Positions 18,259-24,057 of a stretch of DNA of 24,057 nucleotides are shown here, in pieces (within the stretch, counting starts at the first letter, position 1; the number at the start of each line of letters is the position of its first letter). Where the stretch lies: assembly GCA_023136145.1 (NCBI GenBank), contig JAGLRU010000415.1:1-24057 (forward strand). The letters are read 5' to 3'. The notes below the pieces were generated by a model. The model was not told the DNA's origin. It saw only the letters and a list, made by a program, of their open reading frames with translations, and did not search any database. Source of the DNA: Alphaproteobacteria bacterium. Lineage in GTDB: Bacteria > Pseudomonadota > Alphaproteobacteria > Micavibrionales > UBA2020. A program made the translations under genes and the position numbers.

Positions 18259-19143
18259 TTAGGGCATTGTCGTAGAACGTACCGGCACGTTCGTCACGGA
18301 GGAACCGCTATAAACACGTACAGTATCGGAAGATACTTTCGATTTGTCCATGATGTCGTATATTTTCCTGATAACGAGACTTGTACTTACATCCGTCGTC
18401 AACGGCACATCCCTATCAGCTTTGGTATCCTGTTCGCCGAGTCGCCTGAGCGACAGGCTTATGTCACCCATCGTAGATGCCATCGCAAGAATCTGCGCAC
18501 CCTGTTTGCTAACCTCAATGGTTATAGTACGTGCCACCTTAGCTTCGCGACTGCCCTCCTTAGAATTTTGATCCACCGCCAAAACACGCACGTTGCTCAA
18601 GACCGTCTCGCTGGCATAACGCTGTATCGCATCGGAGGAATAATTTGCTACTTCCCCTTTCAGATTTATCTGATAGGTCAGAATTATATCCACATAATCG
18701 CTAGGAGAAACAAACCCACCAGCAGCTGTTTCCGCTTTTACTCGAATGCTCACAGCTCTCATGCCGGGGGCAATAGATGCTGATAAAAATTTACCGCTGC
18801 CTTTCGCATCAGAAACAACTGCCTGTGTCGTCACTGGTTCTCCAGACTCAAGAGTACGGCGCAAAGGTTTGTTATAAACTTTTAGTTTTTTTTCGTCGGT
18901 TTGATCTTTTCTTTTAATCAAGCCCTTGAATACAAGATCGTCCGGCATAAATGCCCAGTCCACATCCGTTTCTTTCAGAGTTTCACCAACCAGCAATGTT
19001 TTTTTCGTGACAAGAATTTCAGTACTTGCTACTGCCACACCACGATTCCTCGATTTAGGAGAGAGATTCATCTGCACCACCACTGCCACCACAACGGAGA
19101 TAACAATCGCTCCACCCATAACCATCAAAACGTTTTTTTTCAT
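18259..19143 (-). CDS. cpaB: Flp pilus assembly protein CpaB/RcpC
   Basis: N-terminal TM segment, SAF domain, GMRAVSI...A.GGFV.P.DYVDIILT and VL.NVRVLAVDQ. RBS GGGGA before ATG 19143. Confidence 0.93.
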   Translation of the reverse strand: MKKNVLMVMGGAIVISVVVAVVVQMNLSPKSRNRGVAVASTEILVTKKTLLVGETLKETDVDWAFMPDDLVFKGLIKRKDQTDEKKLKVYNKPLRRTLESGEPVTTQAVVSDAKGSGKFLSASIAPGMRAVSIRVKAETAAGGFVSPSDYVDIILTYQINLKGEVANYSSDAIQRYASETVLSNVRVLAVDQNSKEGSREAKVARTITIEVSKQGAQILAMASTMGDISLSLRRLGEQDTKADRDVPLTTDVSTSLVIRKIYDIMDKSKVSSDTVRVYSGSSVTNVPVRSTTMP

Positions 19144-19225
19144 GAAAATTCCCCAAACAAGCAACCCGACCCGTTCTTATACTGGCATAGAAATTTGATT
19201 TTGTAATAAAAAAGATTGAATGTTT

Positions 19226-19759
19226 CTAATGAATTATTTTAAGAACTTCATTTAACTGGCTACACGCAAATCCTGTATGGAAAAAAGCAGCCCAAAATCC
19301 GAAACTTATGGCAACACCATAAGGAAGCGCATTGCGCCCATCCTGAAGCTCCGCCACCCAACTTCCCGGCATTGGATTTTTGAAAGGTTTTTTTCTGAAA
19401 ATAACGAGAGCAATGAATCCGATAAATCCTCCAATAATCGCCATATAGAATATAAAAGGCATCAGTCCCTTTAGTCCTATCCAAAGCCCAAGCACCGTTC
19501 CAAGCTTAGAATCTCCTCCACCCATCATGCCAAAAACAAACATAACGTAACTAACCACAAACATAATTACCATCGCAACAAGATGCTGCCATAAAGCATT
19601 AAAAGATTCCGGCGACGCAAAATACGCAGGGAAAAAACAAAACAGAATCACTAGAGAATTAAAATTACGTATGTGCAATGACCTTACATCCGAGATGCAG
19701 CTCAAAAGAGTTACGATTAAAACAATAAAAACCATCGTCGGAGATATGATCGCCATCAC
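19226..19759 (-). CDS. cpaA: Flp prepilin peptidase CpaA/TadV (A24)
   Basis: Motifs SD.RSL.I.N, GGGDSKL and LPYGVAI; multi-TM protein. Confidence 0.92.
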   Translation of the reverse strand: MMAIISPTMVFIVLIVTLLSCISDVRSLHIRNFNSLVILFCFFPAYFASPESFNALWQHLVAMVIMFVVSYVMFVFGMMGGGDSKLGTVLGLWIGLKGLMPFIFYMAIIGGFIGFIALVIFRKKPFKNPMPGSWVAELQDGRNALPYGVAISFGFWAAFFHTGFACSQLNEVLKIIH

Positions 19760-19769
19760 GTCCTCAAGA

Positions 19770-19803
19770 AAGAACCCGCTCTTTTTTCAAGGAGCGGGTT
19801 CTT
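19770..19803 (-). terminator. Intrinsic terminator-like hairpin between flp and cpaA
   Basis: 12-bp stem AAGAACCCGCTC/GAGCGGGTTCTT, U-rich at the 3' side on the minus strand. Confidence 0.75.
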
Positions 19804-19840
19804 ACATGTATGCGCCAAAAAAATAAATGGCGACTTTGTA

Positions 19841-20032
19841 TTATTCCGCAGCAGCAGCTTGAAGTTGCGTATCTACGTTTGTAAACAATGCTACCAAATC
19901 GTCACCAACAGCGAAAACAACCACGGAAATAGCAACAGCAATACCCGCTGCAATCAGACCGTATTCAATAGCAGTTGCTCCATCATTGGAACGCATAAAC
20001 GCTTCTTTTTTAGCCCAAAGTTTTAACAGCAT
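19841..20032 (-). CDS. flp: Flp/PilA type IVb(c) pilin
   Basis: Cleavage motif DG|ATAIEYGLIAA with E at +5 followed by Y. RBS GGAGG before ATG 20032; 63 aa. Confidence 0.96.
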   Translation of the reverse strand: MLLKLWAKKEAFMRSNDGATAIEYGLIAAGIAVAISVVVFAVGDDLVALFTNVDTQLQAAAAE

Positions 20033-20115
20033 AGCTACCCTCCATTGTTTAATTAAAGTCACTTGCTAATAAAGTTAACTCATAGCCTTATACCTTTATC
20101 CTAACGCTATAGTGA

Positions 20116-20130
20116 TTAAAGTTCAGTAAA
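20116..20130 (-). promoter_or_regulatory. Possible CtrA box upstream of flp (1 mismatch)
   Basis: Minus strand TTTA-CTGAACT-TTAA. AT-rich context lowers specificity. Confidence 0.35.
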
Positions 20131-20258
20131 AAAAACATGTTTAAACAGTTAATTTTTGAATTTTTATGACTATTACTATAGTTTTCGCACTATTTATTTA
20201 CATACAAGTTTATCATATAAAAACAAAATAAAATTGATTGAAAAAATATCCGTTCAAC

Positions 20259-21038
20259 CTAAATTTTTTCTGAATCAATTTCCATCCCGTCATAAACAGG
20301 TCGAATGTTCGGAGGCAATTCGTCACAAAGCGTCTTGTAATCCATATTAGTGCCAAGATCAGTAATATATGTCATTTTCGGCTTCAAATGCTCCACCCAT
20401 TTTTTAACTTTCTGAATATTTGCATGAGTCAAAGTCTCCTCTTTATTATAGGAACCAGCATCAACGATCCAAATATCGATACCCTCCAGAACCTTCATTG
20501 ACCTATCATTTATATTCACAACATCCACACTGTATGCCACACGCCCGAACCGAAATCCGAGAGATGAGCAAGTCATGTGATCCTGCTCAAAACTTTCTAT
20601 ATCAATATCGCCGATACGGAATTTCTGGTAATTTTCAATATGCTTTTTTTTGAGAAACTCAAAGTAAAGGTCATCCCCCTTCGGCCTGAAAATATATGGG
20701 CATCGACGATCAATCTCTTCCAGAGTCTCAAAATTGCCGTAAACATTCATCAACTCATCGCCTTGGAGAGAAATAATTTTCAAATCATCAATGCCATTTA
20801 TATGGTCGGAATGTGCGTGACTGATAAGTACCCCATCCAGCTTCTTCAGGTTGAATCGATTTAATTGTGTGCGTAATTCCACCGTTGCATCCACAAGAAT
20901 ATTGGTTGTTTCCGACTGCACCAGAATGGATGAGCGCGTGCGATTATTTTTGGGATTATTCGGATCGCAATCTCCCCAAAAGCCTCCCGCCATCGGCGTT
21001 CCCATCGATGCACCGCAACCTAAAATCGTTATTTTCAT
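20259..21038 (-). CDS. MBL-fold metallo-hydrolase (PhnP/YycJ-like)
   Basis: Motifs ILGCGASMGTP, R.RSSILV and SHAHSDHINGIDD; ATGA overlap with tatD. Confidence 0.92.
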   Translation of the reverse strand: MKITILGCGASMGTPMAGGFWGDCDPNNPKNNRTRSSILVQSETTNILVDATVELRTQLNRFNLKKLDGVLISHAHSDHINGIDDLKIISLQGDELMNVYGNFETLEEIDRRCPYIFRPKGDDLYFEFLKKKHIENYQKFRIGDIDIESFEQDHMTCSSLGFRFGRVAYSVDVVNINDRSMKVLEGIDIWIVDAGSYNKEETLTHANIQKVKKWVEHLKPKMTYITDLGTNMDYKTLCDELPPNIRPVYDGMEIDSEKI

Positions 21039-21832
21039 GTGACATCACCGGACGGTTTTATCTTAGTAAATAGCTTAAAAAAGTTTTTGGTTGTTTGCTT
21101 TGCTACTTCCTCCGGCGAAACGCCCTTTAACTCCGCCACCATCTGCGCGGTATGCACTACAAAGGCTGGTTCATTCCGTTTTCCGCGATGTGGCAAAGGT
21201 GCAAGATAAGGCGAGTCTGTTTCCACCAGAATACGATCCAGCGGCACATATTTCACCACCTCACGCAACTCATCGGACTTTTTAAAAGTGATAATACCGG
21301 AAAAAGAAATATAAAAGCCAAGCGCGAGAGACTCCTCTGCCAGTTTCTGACTACTGCTAAAGCAATGCATTACGCCACGCACTTTCCCCTGCCCGACATC
21401 CCGCATCAGACGGAATGTATCATCCTCCGCCTCGCGGGTATGAACGATAAGCGGCAGATCAGTTTCCGCTGCTGCTTCTATATGCGTCGTAAAAGCCCTT
21501 TGCTGATCCTCAACTGGCGAATAATTGTAATGATAGTCAAGACCCACCTCCCCTATTCCAACCACCTTTGGATTTTTGGTGTAAGAAATAATATCCTTAA
21601 CAGTAATATTCTTTTCATTTGGTTCCGCTGCATGATGAGGATGCGTACCAACAGTACAGTGAACACACGGAAACTGCTCAGCAATAGCTACAACCTTATC
21701 AAATTCAGCAATGCGTGTGCAGATCGTTAACAAATGCCCGACACCCGCAGCTTTGGCACGAGAAACAATCTCCGCCGCTCCTTCATCCGCAAAATCCGAA
21801 AACTCAAGATGGCAATGGCTGTCTATAAGCAT
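21035..21832 (-). CDS. tatD: TatD family metal-dependent nuclease
   Basis: Motifs DSHCHL, GTHPH, GEVGLDY, HTREAE, HCFS and ETDSPYLAP. Confidence 0.96.
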   Translation of the reverse strand: MLIDSHCHLEFSDFADEGAAEIVSRAKAAGVGHLLTICTRIAEFDKVVAIAEQFPCVHCTVGTHPHHAAEPNEKNITVKDIISYTKNPKVVGIGEVGLDYHYNYSPVEDQQRAFTTHIEAAAETDLPLIVHTREAEDDTFRLMRDVGQGKVRGVMHCFSSSQKLAEESLALGFYISFSGIITFKKSDELREVVKYVPLDRILVETDSPYLAPLPHRGKRNEPAFVVHTAQMVAELKGVSPEEVAKQTTKNFFKLFTKIKPSGDVT

Positions 21833-21861
21833 TATCAAAAACCTTTCGTTTTAAAAAACGT

Positions 21862-21900
21862 CCTTATTCTAACCTTCTCCCGCCTGCAGGAGAAGGGACT
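21862..21900. repeat. Short palindrome of the 'CCCTCACCCTAACCCTCTCCCGC...GGGAGAGGG' intergenic type
   Basis: CCTTATTCTAA-CCTTCTCC-CGCCTGCA-GGAGAAGG-GAC with an 8-bp stem. Family assignment is from recall. Confidence 0.55.
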
Positions 21901-21930
21901 ATTTGGAATTGTTATTACAAATTCTTTACT

Positions 21931-22046
21931 GTCATACCCCCCACCAATGCCATTCCAACAAAGCGTGAAACGCGCCGAGGAATCTTTTTTAATAACCAGT
22001 TAAAGATCCCTCGTCGGCACAAAAAGTGCCTCACTCGGGATGACAA
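21931..22046. repeat. CGTC-type REP palindrome, copy 1
   Basis: Core 21945-22046 aligns with 23483-23584 at 96/102 nt. Terminal G(C/T)CATTCC...GGGATGAC, internal GCGT-GAA-ACGC, GAGGAATCT/AGATCCCTC and GGCAC-N-GTGCC stems. Confidence 0.92.
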
Positions 22047-22068
22047 TTTTTAGTTTTTCAACAAACCC

Positions 22069-23460
22069 CTAAAGCTTAAACCGCCGCCGTATTTGTAAAA
22101 TCCAGATAAACCAGATTATAGAACTTAAGAGTATATGGACAAAGCCAAGTATTTTTACTGTAACGCTGTTTGGAATAATTAACCTACTGTCACTAAAAGC
22201 CAATCCAAAAGGACCAAATGTATTTTTAAAAGCATAGAAAAGGTTTGTATACCCTCCCTCACAAACATCTTTTGCCCATCCCTGAATAGGAAGTGCAGCA
22301 ATTGCAGCACAATCACCCCTGTTAGATGCAGCATAAAATATTAAAAATAAATCCCCAAAGATGAATAACCAGAGAAAAGGGAGCCAAAGATTTCTGCCGT
22401 AGTTTGTTAGTTGTTTAAGACAGAAAGAAAATATAGTTTCAACCCCTTTTGGGCTGGATAGAATGTTTTGCCAGCCTTTCGGCAGTTCCGTGTTATAGCG
22501 GGACTCCAGTTCAAGAGCATGAAACATCTGTGCTTCATGATCAGATTCATTTTTCATCATAAACTGCTTTAACGTTCTATATGTAGAACATGCCCACAAC
22601 GATGATGTATCCAAAAAACTACAATCTTTCAAATACATGTCTGCATAGAACTTAGCTTCGAAAAATTCCGGTGCACCAAAGAATTCTGCTCTTTCAAATG
22701 AAGCAGAATCATTAAAAATTGCCTTTTTAAATGAAATATAATCATTAAAAGTTACTTCCTCAAATGAGACAAAATTGTTAAAAGTTGCCTTCTTAAATAA
22801 AACAATATTTTTAAAAATTGATCCTTTAAATGAGACATTATCGTTAAAAACAGTATTTGAAAAATCTATTCGAGGAACTCTCACATTATCACCAAATTCA
22901 CAATGGAGAAATAGTGCTGAATCAATAAATTCTATATTGCTGCAATCAAATCCTTCCGAAAATAAAGTGTGTTTACAAAAAATATCCCCTAAAACAAGAT
23001 TTTTTTCGAATTTACAATTAAAAATTTTGGAATCATCTATAAAAAGCTTATCAGAACCTCCAAATCGCAAAACTTTCAAATCTGTAATTTCACATTTTTT
23101 AAACCTCACGCTTAAAGGTTCTTTCCTTGAGTTTTCTATTACAAAACTTTTTATAGAGCAGTTTTTAAATTCTAAACTAATTTCACTAGCATAATCCCAG
23201 AATTTAATGTCTTCGAATATACGGAACAACAAAGAAAACAGCTTTAAACGTTTTTTAAAAACATATGTGTCTTCAAATAAAATATTTTCAAACTCAAAGG
23301 AAAAAGGAGTCTTTTCTTCATTTCCATGAAGTTTTCGAAATTCCAACTGATCGGAAATCAATTTATAAATCTCATCTGCTGTAATTTCTTTTAATACAGT
23401 CCCTTCTGGAATCCCTGCTGGAAACTTTTTTCGCTGCATCATATTAATCTTCCGTTCCAT
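22069..23460 (-). CDS. Pentapeptide-repeat protein with C-terminal membrane domain
   Basis: aa 200-284 hold about eight 11-aa FxxAxFxxxxx units. The C-terminus has YGR..W.P, two hydrophobic helices and a re-entrant-like segment. The gene is visibly AT-rich; the start may be 23442. Confidence 0.85.
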   Translation of the reverse strand: MERKINMMQRKKFPAGIPEGTVLKEITADEIYKLISDQLEFRKLHGNEEKTPFSFEFENILFEDTYVFKKRLKLFSLLFRIFEDIKFWDYASEISLEFKNCSIKSFVIENSRKEPLSVRFKKCEITDLKVLRFGGSDKLFIDDSKIFNCKFEKNLVLGDIFCKHTLFSEGFDCSNIEFIDSALFLHCEFGDNVRVPRIDFSNTVFNDNVSFKGSIFKNIVLFKKATFNNFVSFEEVTFNDYISFKKAIFNDSASFERAEFFGAPEFFEAKFYADMYLKDCSFLDTSSLWACSTYRTLKQFMMKNESDHEAQMFHALELESRYNTELPKGWQNILSSPKGVETIFSFCLKQLTNYGRNLWLPFLWLFIFGDLFLIFYAASNRGDCAAIAALPIQGWAKDVCEGGYTNLFYAFKNTFGPFGLAFSDSRLIIPNSVTVKILGFVHILLSSIIWFIWILQIRRRFKL

Positions 23461-23468
23461 GAAATACC

Positions 23469-23584
23469 GTCATGCCACTCCTCAATGTCATTCCGACAAA
23501 GCGTGAAACGCGCCGAGGAATCTTTCTAAATAACCAGTGAAAGATCCCTCGTCGGCACCAAAAGTGCCTCACTCGGGATGACAA
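23469..23584. repeat. CGTC-type REP palindrome, copy 2 (direct repeat of copy 1)
   Basis: GTCATTCCGACAAAGCGTGAAACGCGCCGAGGAATCT...AGATCCCTCGTCGGCACCAAAAGTGCCTCACTCGGGATGAC. Confidence 0.92.
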
Positions 23585-23598
23585 AGAGAAAAAAGCCA

Positions 23599-24057
23599 TC
23601 ACCCCCGCTCATCCACAACACGCGGGAAAACACCTTCCGGTTTTGGCAGCGGGGTTCCGGCTTTTAGCGCATAAGCTTCACCGATAAAGCTAAAGTCGCG
23701 TTCTTCTGCATTTACCGCCACCTGATCCAGAATTTTCTGCGCAGCATCGGGAGTAAACGGTTGAATAATAAGCCCCAGATTGCGAATAACTTCAGCCAGC
23801 ACATACAGCACCGTCGCCATACGATCAGGATTTGTTTTTTTAAGCTTCCACGGTGCCTGCGCGTCAATATAAAGATTTGCCGCGTGAGACACTGAAATAA
23901 ATTCCTCGATGGCGCGGCTAAACTGCATCTTTTCAAACTCCGACCGGACTGCTATCAACATCGCCTGCCCTGCCCTACCAAGCAACGCCTTGTCAGCATC
24001 TTCAAGAATGCCCGGCTGCGGCACTTTTGCATCGCAATTTTTGTTAATCATGGAAAG
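23599..24057 (-). CDS. metG: Methionyl-tRNA synthetase, 3' part (anticodon-binding domain; begins beyond window)
   Basis: LSMINKNC, AN.YID.QAPWKL, TVLYVLAEVIR, L.IQPFTP and LPKPEGVFPR; upstream of tatD. Confidence 0.95.
   Translation of the reverse strand, partial: LSMINKNCDAKVPQPGILEDADKALLGRAGQAMLIAVRSEFEKMQFSRAIEEFISVSHAANLYIDAQAPWKLKKTNPDRMATVLYVLAEVIRNLGLIIQPFTPDAAQKILDQVAVNAEERDFSFIGEAYALKAGTPLPKPEGVFPRVVDERG

Noticed and set aside
21945-23584. CRISPR array, IS element or integron attC cassette
   Set aside because: There are only two ~100-bp repeats around a whole gene, no cas or transposase gene, and no GTTRRRY/RYYYAAC attC ends.

Overview
Alphaproteobacterial chromosomal window (Rhodospirillales/Micavibrio-like gene style; taxonomy is inferred, not proven). 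Left to right it holds: the 5' end of hldE/rfaE (minus strand, missed by the ORF track); a divergent gene fusing a tandem MshEN c-di-GMP-binding motif to a LapG-like BTLCP cysteine peptidase; a rimP-nusA-infB-rbfA-pyk operon (minus); a DUF2336 gene with a perfect CtrA box; a 50-aa membrane protein (also missed) and xerD; a Caulobacter-type Flp/Tad pilus cluster (flp-cpaABCDEF-tadBC, minus); and the metG(3' end)-tatD-MBL hydrolase block. An AT-rich pentapeptide-repeat membrane-protein gene sits between metG and tatD, bracketed by two ~94% identical direct copies of a CGTC-type REP palindrome. Related palindromic repeats occupy several other intergenic spaces. The most novel-looking signals are the MshEN-BTLCP fusion and the REP-flanked cassette with its shared repeat-flank grammar.
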